Below are positions 16,996 to 25,501 of a stretch of 64,000 bases of DNA, piece by piece. Numbering within the stretch: the stretch's first letter is position 1; each line of letters opens with the position of its first letter. The notes beneath the pieces are model-generated. The model did no database searches and was not told where the DNA came from. It worked only from the letters and a program-made list of their open reading frames with translations. Source of the DNA: a virus. Its lineage: Duplodnaviria > Heunggongvirae > Uroviricota > Caudoviricetes. Both the position numbers and the translations under genes were made by a program. The stretch lies in IMG/VR virus record IMGVR_UViG_3300002835_000066, positions 1 through 64,000 of that record, one strand, 5' to 3'.

Positions 16996-17408
16996 AATTT
17001 TGCTTTCTTTACAATTTCTTTATAGCCCTTCCAGCTAGGGTGAACCCCATCTGGCTGAACGTGTTTGGTACCAATGACTTGATCACCGTATTCATTAGCC
17101 AACTTAGTGACGATTACATTGATATTTGATTTGCAGAACTTTGGATTGCAAGGGGGCATAACCCATATTACTCGGTTTGAGCGAACTCGTTCCCGCATCT
17201 TGCGAAGTTCCTTTTCAGTCTTAACACCTTTATGGTCATTGGTACCAAGACTAATTACAACTATTTCAGAATTCAATGGAGTGTTACCCCACTTCTTATT
17301 CCACTGCCATGTGTTATAACCACCCTTGGAATACGATACGCATTCCTTAGGTGCAAACATCTTAGTACCTACTGCGATACTATCGCCTAAAATTAAACAT
17401 TCTAACAT
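16992..17408 (-). CDS. small SGNH hydrolase (GDSL esterase/lipase-like)
   Basis: 138 aa. LILGDSIAVG (block I GDS), ISLGTNDH (block III GxND), DGVHPS (block V DxxH). Confidence 0.6.
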   Translation of the reverse strand: MLECLILGDSIAVGTKMFAPKECVSYSKGGYNTWQWNKKWGNTPLNSEIVVISLGTNDHKGVKTEKELRKMRERVRSNRVIWVMPPCNPKFCKSNINVIVTKLANEYGDQVIGTKHVQPDGVHPSWKGYKEIVKKAKL

Positions 17409-18109
17409 TATCTATACTCCTTTTTTAAAATTTCAAATGTCTCTTCCCAAGTTGAAACATTATAATACTTAGTTGCATGTTGGGCAATGGTATAATCATT
17501 TCCACCGGGGTATATCTTATCTCCAAAGAATACAAAGGGAGATATATGTTCTGCTATCTGACTCTTATCTTTTCCTACAGGATGAATATCTATTCCTGTT
17601 TCGCCCGCGACTGTAGCCTCTAGCATTGGGAAATTTTCGCGGATAAGGAATGCGTAAAAATTTCGTTCATCTACACGAGTATCGTATTCCAAATATTCAG
17701 AACGTTCATTCATGTCTGCGTTGCGTCCAATAATACTGAAATTACAAGAACCGGGGCGCATTTCAATATGGTTACCCGTCCGCTTTGGGAAGGAACTCAA
17801 CTGCAATAGGCTTTCAAGATATTCATGTTGTTCGATAGTCAATGCAAAGTCGTTGACATACTGTAGTTCTCCGCTCACATAGAGAGCGTTTCCGCAGCAG
17901 CTATAGACACCTTTGACAGTATTACATATCTCTTCGCCAAGCTGCTCTAGCGTCTTCTCGTAGTCGCTTCCGGACACAAGATAGACATTATTAGTTTGGC
18001 AGAATGAAAGGAACCATTCCTCAAACGATGGAGCGATACGCTGTCTACTAGGAGTCAGCGTACCGTCTACATCAAATGCGAAATTAAAGAGCGAGGTGGC
18101 TGTAGTCAA
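17408..18109 (-). CDS. phosphomannomutase, eukaryotic PMM type (HAD superfamily)
   Basis: 233 aa. FAFDVDGTLTPSRQ matches the PMM N-terminus LFDVDGTLTPAR. VSGSDYEK..EQLG, KRTGNHIEMRPGSCNFSIIGR and the C-terminal FFGDKIYPGGNDY all align with human PMM2 as I remember it. Confidence 0.7.
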   Translation of the reverse strand: MTTATSLFNFAFDVDGTLTPSRQRIAPSFEEWFLSFCQTNNVYLVSGSDYEKTLEQLGEEICNTVKGVYSCCGNALYVSGELQYVNDFALTIEQHEYLESLLQLSSFPKRTGNHIEMRPGSCNFSIIGRNADMNERSEYLEYDTRVDERNFYAFLIRENFPMLEATVAGETGIDIHPVGKDKSQIAEHISPFVFFGDKIYPGGNDYTIAQHATKYYNVSTWEETFEILKKEYR

Positions 18110-19145
18110 ACAGTGCCTTCTCTTTCGCTCGTGTAAGGATCAGTCGGGCACCCTTGCTTTCAAAGATGAACTTACCTTCCTGACTGTTCAGATTGATAAG
18201 ATGCTCAGGGGCAAAACGAAGGTCAACCCAATCAGAGTCATCATCATTTGGATCAGGATCATATTCAATGTTGACACCCTTCATAGCTAGCGGGTTGCCG
18301 CGCCAAATTTCAGGACTAACAGACTTGATTTCCTTACCACCATCAACCAACTTAATCTCGTACTTAGCACCCTCATCGTATTCAGGCTTAGCGTTGAGCA
18401 TTTCAAGTGCTTCGGTCGGAGTCTCGTCGTAGCGATTCATTTCTTCAACAAGTGCCTTAAGCATATCAAAGTTGAACTCACCGAACAAACTAGTCAATGA
18501 ACAAATTTGGTCAATGTATTGCTTGTTAACGAGGTTGTCTTCACAGTATTCACGAATGAACACCTGATCCAAACCCTTGAAGTCTAGCAGATAGAAGATA
18601 CGACCAGGACGATTACGCATGTGCGAGTCAACACGCCACTTGTCATTCACTGTCAAGATGTAAAGCTTCTTTGAACCGAACACACCATCAAGCAGTGTGA
18701 GGATTTCTTCCTGCTTCTCGTGGTCATAGACCTTTTCAAATTCATCAAAGAGAACGACACACGGCTGGTCAATGTCCTGTAACAGCTTGAAGAAACCATC
18801 GCCAGTCCAATCACGATTGATTACGATAGTAGGAACGCCCTCCTTCGCAAGTTCAACGCTGATGTTCTTAGCAAGCAAAGTCTTACCCGAACCCTTTTCA
18901 CCGTTCAACAGAACACCAGTCTGTTGCGGGCGCTTCCAAAACGAGTTGATAATGCGGTCAGTATGACGCAGGGTATTACCATACATCTTAGATGGGATTT
19001 CAAAATCATCGATAGATTCAAGATAGAGGTTACCCATCGGGTCTACAGCAACGGTGTAGTTGCCTGCAGGAAGCTTCTCGTGTAGGTCCATTGCTTCCTT
19101 GCTGGAAACACGAAAGCTAGTACCGTTCTTCAAAAAATATGCCAT
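18084..19145 (-). CDS. AAA+/P-loop ATPase
   Basis: 353 aa. Walker A LNGEKGSGKT. Walker B VVLFDEFEK. Confidence 0.6.
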   Translation of the reverse strand: MAYFLKNGTSFRVSSKEAMDLHEKLPAGNYTVAVDPMGNLYLESIDDFEIPSKMYGNTLRHTDRIINSFWKRPQQTGVLLNGEKGSGKTLLAKNISVELAKEGVPTIVINRDWTGDGFFKLLQDIDQPCVVLFDEFEKVYDHEKQEEILTLLDGVFGSKKLYILTVNDKWRVDSHMRNRPGRIFYLLDFKGLDQVFIREYCEDNLVNKQYIDQICSLTSLFGEFNFDMLKALVEEMNRYDETPTEALEMLNAKPEYDEGAKYEIKLVDGGKEIKSVSPEIWRGNPLAMKGVNIEYDPDPNDDDSDWVDLRFAPEHLINLNSQEGKFIFESKGARLILTRAKEKALFDYSHLAL

Positions 19146-19156
19146 TACTATATTCC

Positions 19157-19357
19157 TTAATTAGAAAAAACTGCGGCAGCAACTACTACCAATATTACGG
19201 CAATTGCTTGCCACTTAACTCTTGAAAACATCATTTGAGTTTGCTGTGTGCGAGATTCAGTTGTTTGTTCTTGTGAAAACGCGGTAAGTCCGCGCAGTAA
19301 TGCAAACAGAGTAAATCCAACCGCAATAGCAATCAGAAAAATAAGTAGAAACATCAT
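19157..19357 (-). CDS. small membrane protein (two predicted TM helices)
   Basis: 66 aa. MMFLLIFLIAIAVGFTLFALL...AIAVILVVVAAAVF. Confidence 0.4.
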   Translation of the reverse strand: MMFLLIFLIAIAVGFTLFALLRGLTAFSQEQTTESRTQQTQMMFSRVKWQAIAVILVVVAAAVFSN

Positions 19358-19433
19358 TTACGGAACAATCCTACTATTACTAATAGGCATACGATAAGTC
19401 CTGCATATCCCAGTAAACCAATCATCGTATCAT

Positions 19434-19631
19434 TCATTCATCATTTCCTTTACACCATCGTTCCGCTTTTTTATATGCGGTACTTAGTCTTTTATATCGT
19501 TTACTTTCACCGACAGTTTTCATGGTGTAAGCATAACGAACAAAGTATCCTTGGTCATCTTCACACACCGTAGCACCTTTTCTGATGCCATATTGTGCCC
19601 AAACAGACCTTAATACGTTCATCTTACTCAT
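19434..19631 (-). CDS. hypothetical small basic protein
   Basis: Start trimmed to the internal Met (MSKMNVLRS...) to avoid a 50-nt overlap with the upstream gene. Confidence 0.35.
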   Translation of the reverse strand: MSKMNVLRSVWAQYGIRKGATVCEDDQGYFVRYAYTMKTVGESKRYKRLSTAYKKAERWCKGNDE

Positions 19632-19926
19632 GCTCTCCGGTCGCACTACGACCCCATCCTGACTTACGCACAAACAATTCTGGTTTTACTGTTGCAGTAG
19701 TGTATGTCGCAACCGTTAAGGCTGCTGCACCGATAAGGACAGCATGAGCGATTAGATTCACTCCCATAAGCGCATATGTACCGGTCGCAATAGAGAAGGC
19801 GATAGCCCACATCCAACCCAAAACTTGATATACCATATGCCTAATATTGCCTTCGGGTATATGTCGCAATGGACTTTTGTTGTAGTCAAAGATAAAATTC
19901 CAACTATGATATATTGCATTTTTCAT
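19624..19926 (-). CDS. membrane protein (2 TM)
   Basis: 100 aa with two hydrophobic helices (WMWAIAFSIATGTYALMGVNLIAHAVLIGAAALTVATY). Confidence 0.4.
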   Translation of the reverse strand: MKNAIYHSWNFIFDYNKSPLRHIPEGNIRHMVYQVLGWMWAIAFSIATGTYALMGVNLIAHAVLIGAAALTVATYTTATVKPELFVRKSGWGRSATGEHE

Positions 19927-19936
19927 TAGTGTATCC

Positions 19937-20260
19937 TCAAAATTTCAAAAGGTTAAATGCGAGAAGAATATCCCGCTTATCTTCATCAATGGGGTGAACT
20001 GCGATTGCAGTCATTTCACCACCATTCAAATCGGGTTCGCTGAAATGTTCATACTTAATCCCGAACTCAAACAGAATCTTTTCAACCGCAACAAGTGCCT
20101 CAAGATTCCTAACTCCGACGCAGGTAAAATATGTATTATCTGCATCAGCATCTTTACCCAACGCGGACCCTAACTTGTACGCAACGTGTGCAGTCTGCAC
20201 AAGCTGATACTCCTTAAAGATATCTTGACGGGTGAAAAAATATGCGTATCGTTTTGTCAT
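19937..20260 (-). CDS. peptidyl-tRNA hydrolase PTH2-like protein
   Basis: 107 aa. QLVQTAHVAYKLG resembles the PTH2 active-site region (Q..HA). The C-terminal block NGGEMTAIAVHP resembles the PTH2 motif TVTVLAIGP. Moderate. Confidence 0.4.
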   Translation of the reverse strand: MTKRYAYFFTRQDIFKEYQLVQTAHVAYKLGSALGKDADADNTYFTCVGVRNLEALVAVEKILFEFGIKYEHFSEPDLNGGEMTAIAVHPIDEDKRDILLAFNLLKF

Positions 20261-20291
20261 AGTCTTCTTATAGCAAACTATGAATCAGATG

Positions 20292-20525
20292 TCAACCTCT
20301 TTTTACGTTATGAATCGCCGTTGTAAGATTATTGATGTCAGTAGTAGTGCGACGAAACTGCCTGCTATTAAGTTGCAGGGCGGAAGCCATTTTGTGAAGT
20401 TGTTCCTTCAATTGACGAACCTCGTCCTCAAGGTTTTTGATTCTCTTTTTATCGTCTTTTTCAGGTATAGTGGTTGGATTGTCTTCTGTGATTATAATCG
20501 GTTTATTAGTATACATCTTTTTCAT
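20292..20525 (-). CDS. small coiled-coil protein
   Basis: 77 aa, heptad-rich (KNLEDEVRQLKEQLHKMASALQ). Preferred over the overlapping plus-strand ORF 20280..20543 because of operon orientation. Confidence 0.35.
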   Translation of the reverse strand: MKKMYTNKPIIITEDNPTTIPEKDDKKRIKNLEDEVRQLKEQLHKMASALQLNSRQFRRTTTDINNLTTAIHNVKRG

Positions 20526-22422
20526 TTGTTCTCTCTATCGTAATTTGTGTATTGCTTCGTCCTAATTTTTTACCGATGATTAATCGCATGAATAATATTT
20601 CTGGATCGGTGTCTATTATAGGCTCATGAAGATATTCTATATTTAGTAAGGAAGAGCCAGTCACTTCATTGTTCATCGCACTCTCATATATGCCATATGG
20701 GTCAGGTATACTGTATGGATATGTTTTTTTAGGTGAGTACATAAGTGCAGATTGTATGTCAAAAAGTGAGTCATGAATATCTTTGGGAAGCCCGGTATAT
20801 TCAATATCAAATATATTTCGGAGTTCTTCTATAATTGTCTCATGATTTAAGTAAAAATTTGATAGGCTCGCTAGAGGAATAGCGTAAGACTTGTTAATTA
20901 AATCTTGGTGTTCCTGTTTGTATTCCGCGTTGCTTAAGAATGCTGCAAAAAATGACTTCACTCTATGATATTCAGTTGAAAGATAACCGTCACCATTAAT
21001 TAAACAATTTTCCAATTTACTAATAATTTGGCTGAGTGGCATGATATTATTATTTGTTAAATAAAATATTATGATTTTGGCCCAGCCAGTGCTGTGGAAC
21101 ATACTTATAATATAGGTGAACATGTAGCTTTCGACTAGATCATCGAACGGCATAGTATTAGTTGCGCATACTATCTCTTCCTTTTCTATAATTTCATTAT
21201 CAACTGCAAGTCCGTTTGGCGAAGGTCTATTTACGGTTACAGTCTTTATTCCATGTATCTTCTTTTGCATAGAATTGTTAATCTCTGAGTTTTCTAAAAC
21301 TGTTAGTAAATGCGCTTGGTTTCCACTAAATTCAGCATCCAAACTTAATATCTTATAATAAGTATCTTTCCAAGACTCTTTAGTTTCTCCGGGGAGACCC
21401 AGTATAAGTTCAACTATAGGAATAAGTCCTATTTTGTTACATTCTTTTGCTACGTTTTCTATATCATTGAGTTGAAAATTAGAACGTCTAATATCTACTA
21501 GCGTTTGTTCATTCATGGATTGTAACGAAATTATTAAACCGTTAACCTCAGTGCCCTTATAGAATTCTTTAATTATATCAAGAGTTTCTTTCTTCTTAAA
21601 TGACTTAGCCCAAGTAACATATACGGTGCCTGGTTGACCAGTAAGATTTTGAGTTTTGCGTAAGTATTTTGTTATCCGCATGTCTCGTTCTACTAGTATG
21701 CCAAAGTTTGCATCCGATAAAAATACGTAGGGTATATTATGTTTGCTAAGCCAATCAATATCACTAAACACCCGTTCTTCACTAAAGCACTTAACTTTAC
21801 TTTGTGTTAGTGAACCCCAATCACAGAACGTGCATCCATACGGACAGCCCCTATTAGTTTCTAACGTGGCGCTCCATTCAACATTGGGATTTTCTCTTAT
21901 TAGTCTTTCAAAGATACCAGACGCATACGGGCTTGGGCTTACTAGCTCTTTCATTCTAGGAAATTTTATAACTTTATCAGGTGCACCATTGTCGTGAACA
22001 GTTAGTAGCATTTGAAGGAAAGCCTCTTCTCCTTCCCCAATTATGACTGAATCCACATACGGGTGGGTTTCAAAAAATGACTTTCTTTCTGGGTCCTCTG
22101 GTATCTGCGGTCCTCCGAAAAGAATCAAACATTCTGGATACTGTTCTTTTATCGCTTTGGCTACAACTTTCGTATATTCCCAATTCCATGTATAGCAACT
22201 AAATGCTGCTATTTTAGGATTGTCCATTCTTTCAATAACTTGGGCAACAGGTATTCTACTAAAAAAGATGTCAGCTAAATTGTAATTATTTTTGACTACA
22301 TCATTTTGTTCAGCATGACTCCAAAGTACTGCGACAGCATATGGTAGCCAACAAGTTATTTTACCATTTGGCAACGCCGAAGAATAATTTGGCTGAAATA
22401 GGTAGACATTTTTCACTAACAT
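20506..22422 (-). CDS. B12-binding-domain radical SAM enzyme (class B radical SAM family)
   Basis: 638 aa. N-terminal Rossmann-like cobalamin-binding region. ETNRGCPYGCTFCDW is CxxxCxxC. Confidence 0.7.
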   Translation of the reverse strand: MLVKNVYLFQPNYSSALPNGKITCWLPYAVAVLWSHAEQNDVVKNNYNLADIFFSRIPVAQVIERMDNPKIAAFSCYTWNWEYTKVVAKAIKEQYPECLILFGGPQIPEDPERKSFFETHPYVDSVIIGEGEEAFLQMLLTVHDNGAPDKVIKFPRMKELVSPSPYASGIFERLIRENPNVEWSATLETNRGCPYGCTFCDWGSLTQSKVKCFSEERVFSDIDWLSKHNIPYVFLSDANFGILVERDMRITKYLRKTQNLTGQPGTVYVTWAKSFKKKETLDIIKEFYKGTEVNGLIISLQSMNEQTLVDIRRSNFQLNDIENVAKECNKIGLIPIVELILGLPGETKESWKDTYYKILSLDAEFSGNQAHLLTVLENSEINNSMQKKIHGIKTVTVNRPSPNGLAVDNEIIEKEEIVCATNTMPFDDLVESYMFTYIISMFHSTGWAKIIIFYLTNNNIMPLSQIISKLENCLINGDGYLSTEYHRVKSFFAAFLSNAEYKQEHQDLINKSYAIPLASLSNFYLNHETIIEELRNIFDIEYTGLPKDIHDSLFDIQSALMYSPKKTYPYSIPDPYGIYESAMNNEVTGSSLLNIEYLHEPIIDTDPEILFMRLIIGKKLGRSNTQITIERTNEKDVY

Positions 22423-22464
22423 ATTTATGCGGTCGGATGTCTGCTGTAAAAATTGGTTTAGTTA

Positions 22465-23358
22465 TCACCGCTTCAAAGATGTCTTATACTTTATATATTC
22501 GGCAATATGCTCTGCTACATTTATTCCGCAGTATTTTTCAAATCCTTCAAAGCCGGGGGCAGAGTTAGCCTCGCATATCTTGTATCCATCTTTGTCAAAC
22601 AATAAGTCAATACCCGCAATTTCTAATCCACAGATTCTCGCTGTTTCTCTTGCGAGATATTCAATTTCACCATTAACTTCAAACGGCTCGCCATATCCAC
22701 CGTTAGATATGTTTGCTCTGAAATCTCCGGGCGGAGCTATTCTTTTCATTGCACCGATAACTTTACCACCGATGACTAATACACGCAAATCTTCGCCTGG
22801 CTTTTCACCGATATATTCTTGAACTAACAATGTCTTTGGCGTATTGAGATTACCGATGAACTCCATCATCTTTTTAAATGCAGTTTTATTCTCACACAGA
22901 TAGATGCCTTCACCATAGCTACCACTGATAATTTTAACAACACAGGGCCAGCCAATAAGATTGTCTGCAATATCTACATCTACGGGAAATCTAACAAGCA
23001 TTGTATTAGGTACTGGCATTCCTTTACTAGCTAGTAGCTGATGGCTACGCATTTTATCTTTTGCAATTTCTACGCCCACAGAAGAATTAATACATTTGAT
23101 ATGTTCTTCTTCAAACTGTCTAACGATAGCAGTGATGAACTCTGTGGTGCCTGAGCCTGTGCGGGCTAATACGATATCAGGCATGTCAAACTCTTGTCCA
23201 TTGTATTTGACACCATGACCAGTACCTTTTCCCACAACAACATCAAAGTTATCTGGGTGGTAAATGGTTGCAGGGATGCCTAAGTCACGAAGACTTTCTA
23301 CGAGCCGACGATTTTCGTATTCGTCCTCGTCTTTTTTAGACAATATTAGTATTGACAT
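22465..23358 (-). CDS. ATP-grasp ligase, RimK family (alpha-L-glutamate ligase-like)
   Basis: 297 aa. Overall RimK architecture (GWPCVVK...GSYGEGIYL ... LLVQEYI ... DLRVLVIGGKV ... GIDLLFDKDGYKICEANSAPGF). Confidence 0.75.
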   Translation of the reverse strand: MSILILSKKDEDEYENRRLVESLRDLGIPATIYHPDNFDVVVGKGTGHGVKYNGQEFDMPDIVLARTGSGTTEFITAIVRQFEEEHIKCINSSVGVEIAKDKMRSHQLLASKGMPVPNTMLVRFPVDVDIADNLIGWPCVVKIISGSYGEGIYLCENKTAFKKMMEFIGNLNTPKTLLVQEYIGEKPGEDLRVLVIGGKVIGAMKRIAPPGDFRANISNGGYGEPFEVNGEIEYLARETARICGLEIAGIDLLFDKDGYKICEANSAPGFEGFEKYCGINVAEHIAEYIKYKTSLKR

Positions 23359-23360
23359 TC

Positions 23361-23392
23361 GTTAATCCGTTTATAGTATTTATCGGATTAAC
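23361..23392 (-). promoter_or_regulatory. 9-bp stem / 14-nt loop hairpin ending 3 nt upstream of the ATP-grasp start codon, where it would occlude the ribosome-binding region
   Basis: gttaatccg ... cggattaac inverted repeat. The ATG (cat) is at 23356-23358. Confidence 0.4.
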
Positions 23393-23426
23393 ATACATAT
23401 AAAGAAACGGGGACTTGCCCCGTTTC
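23390..23426 (-). terminator. intrinsic terminator after the peroxiredoxin gene
   Basis: Plus-strand gaaacgggg-acttg-ccccgtttc hairpin. The minus-strand transcript continues UUUAUAUGUAUGUU. Confidence 0.55.
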
Positions 23427-23428
23427 CC

Positions 23429-23968
23429 TTAATTAGAACCCTGCAAGTATGCAAGGATTGTTTCAGGCGAAGTTTCGCCATACGGATCAGTTTCGCAGTT
23501 ATGCTCAATGCCATCTTCAATGAACCACTGTTCAATCTTGCCATTATCAACAATAACAGCATAGCGCCATGAACGAACTCCGAAGCCAACATTGTCCTTC
23601 TGAACAAGCATGTTCATCTGTGAAGTGAACACACCAGAACCGTCTGGAATAACCTTAACGTTCTGAATGTTCTGATCCTTAGCCCAGCAATTCATGACAA
23701 ATGCATCATTCACTGACATGCAGTAGATTTCATCGATGCCCAAAGCCTTAAACTGGTCAAAGTTCTGCTCAAAGCCCGGAAGCTGATAAGTTGAGCAAGT
23801 TGGGGTAAAAGCGCCCGGAAGCGAAAATAGGATTACTCGCTTACCAGCGAAATAATCATATGAAGTTACGTCCTGCCAACGATATGGATTCGGGCCTTCG
23901 ATGGAGTCATCACGGACACGAGTCTTAAAAGTTACAGCAGGAACAACTGTGGGTAATTGTTCAATCAT
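23429..23968 (-). CDS. peroxiredoxin (Prx5/glutaredoxin-dependent type)
   Basis: 179 aa. PGAFTPTCS peroxidatic-Cys motif and overall AhpC/TSA fold pattern. Confidence 0.8.
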   Translation of the reverse strand: MIEQLPTVVPAVTFKTRVRDDSIEGPNPYRWQDVTSYDYFAGKRVILFSLPGAFTPTCSTYQLPGFEQNFDQFKALGIDEIYCMSVNDAFVMNCWAKDQNIQNVKVIPDGSGVFTSQMNMLVQKDNVGFGVRSWRYAVIVDNGKIEQWFIEDGIEHNCETDPYGETSPETILAYLQGSN

Positions 23969-24023
23969 TAGTTTCTCCTAAAAAAATATTGGGTAGGAGC
24001 ACTATACCCCTACCCAATTATAC

Positions 24024-24821
24024 TTACTTTACGTTAACGATACCCTTGAAGTCGTAAGGGACGATGATCGTATTGACCTTGCCTTCCTTAACAGCTTCGG
24101 CAATCGTCACAAGAGCAGTTGCTTCCATGTACTTAGTAGCGCCTGCGTTAGCATTAAGAGCAGCAATACGCTCGGCTTCAAGCTTTGCAGTACGAACTTC
24201 TACCTGCTTCTGCTTTTCAGCATTTTGTGCCTCGACCAAAAGGTTAGCTGATGCTACGATATTCGCAGCAGGCTTAACCTGACGAACAAGAACCTGTGAG
24301 ATTGAAATTGCACCATCTAGCTTTTCAGCAGCGAGGCTAGCAACGATTTCAGCACGAATAAGCTGTTCAATTTCAGCACGGTTGTCAGCCATCTTCAACG
24401 ACTCGTAACGACGAGCAACCTTGTATGCAGCGTTACGACCAAGCTGACGAATGTAGTTATACATCAACAGAGTGTCGCCGTCTTCAGTTTCGGCGTGAAA
24501 TCCGCGATTCTTTTCAATATAGATTTCAGCAGCACTTGTTGGATTGATTGAATAGATAACTGCCATATCAAAGTCGGCAACAGTTGAGTTATCGCTAGCG
24601 AGAGGGGTCAAGTCAGCGATATCAACCTGAACATCCTTAGTCGGGAAAGTAAGAACTTCACCGATCAGAGTCTGGTTGATTGAACCAGGTTGAAGTTCAG
24701 TAGTTTGAATTTGCTTATCAAAGCCGCGACGAACGCCGACTTCACCCGTTTCAATACGAGTACAAGCAGCAGTCGTGGCCATCAAACCAGCGAGAACGGC
24801 AATCTTAGCAATACGATTCAT
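24024..24821 (-). CDS. SPFH/band-7 domain lipoprotein (HflC/prohibitin-like)
   Basis: 265 aa. Lipobox LMATTAAC. An SPFH-like core followed by an Ala/Glu-rich coiled-coil (AEKQKQVEVRTAKLEAERIAALNANAG). Confidence 0.5.
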   Translation of the reverse strand: MNRIAKIAVLAGLMATTAACTRIETGEVGVRRGFDKQIQTTELQPGSINQTLIGEVLTFPTKDVQVDIADLTPLASDNSTVADFDMAVIYSINPTSAAEIYIEKNRGFHAETEDGDTLLMYNYIRQLGRNAAYKVARRYESLKMADNRAEIEQLIRAEIVASLAAEKLDGAISISQVLVRQVKPAANIVASANLLVEAQNAEKQKQVEVRTAKLEAERIAALNANAGATKYMEATALVTIAEAVKEGKVNTIIVPYDFKGIVNVK

Positions 24822-24835
24822 TTTAATTTACTTCC

Positions 24836-25012
24836 TTAAAAGAGTAGAACGATTAATGTTGCAGCAACAATCGCTAGCAACGAACACAATGTACTATAGC
24901 CTAACCACTTTGTCAAGCTAATTTTTTCTTTTCCGGTCATTTTCCGAAAAATATCAATCCCAAAAAAGAAAATGAGAAAGAGTGAGATAAAGGCAACGAT
25001 AATTTTAACCAT
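24836..25012 (-). CDS. small 2-TM membrane protein immediately upstream of the SPFH gene (NfeD/YqiJ-like partner)
   Basis: 58 aa, hand-translated (MVKIIVAFISLFLIFFFGIDIFRKMTGKEKISLTKWLGYSTLCSLLAIVAATLIVLLF). Below the ORF-track cut-off. The position matches the usual SPFH operon layout. Confidence 0.4.
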   Translation of the reverse strand: MVKIIVAFISLFLIFFFGIDIFRKMTGKEKISLTKWLGYSTLCSLLAIVAATLIVLLF

Positions 25013-25070
25013 ACTTAGGTCTCCTTAGTGTTTTACGAAGATTAAGTTATAGCAGATAGTTAGGGGGTTG

Positions 25071-25325
25071 TCAAGAGTCTAGGTTGTCCGTTTTGCAACT
25101 TTGGTCAAAACGTTTCTCTTGTAGGGTAGGCTTGTTAAAAATCTTTTCTGAATGACACACTTGACATTTAGGATTGCCGCAATCTAGTGCATGATGCTTC
25201 GCAAGCCTGTGCGGCTGCTTTAACAGATGAGTCAATCCAAATGCTTTAGCAATACGCATTTGCTTTTTAATTACGTTTGCAGTATGCTGAAGGCGCTTTG
25301 CCCTCTTGTTGCGGTCGTCGCTCAC
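25071..25325 (-). CDS. small basic Cys-containing protein (GTG start in the track)
   Basis: 84 aa, highly basic, with CGNPKCQVCH. A 45-aa basic ORF (25322-25459) lies upstream and overlaps it by 4 nt. Confidence 0.35.
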   Translation of the reverse strand: MSDDRNKRAKRLQHTANVIKKQMRIAKAFGLTHLLKQPHRLAKHHALDCGNPKCQVCHSEKIFNKPTLQEKRFDQSCKTDNLDS

Positions 25326-25501
25326 TTGTTTCTCGTGTTTGGTGTTTGTGAATTTTTTTGTTTGTTGGCAGCTTCTTGCTGTTGCTGCCTTGTCCAGCCC
25401 ATTCTTTTTATATTACCGGACTCAATAACCCGTTGAATCAGTTTTTTGCCGGAACCCATATTATTCAAATCCATCAGTATCTCTCACTATCTATATACTT
25501 A

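Noticed and set aside
20280-20543. 87-aa plus-strand ORF overlapping the 77-aa minus-strand ORF
   Set aside because: It is low-complexity, lies on the minority strand and has no RBS. The minus-strand coiled-coil ORF fits the operon direction better. Both are weak.
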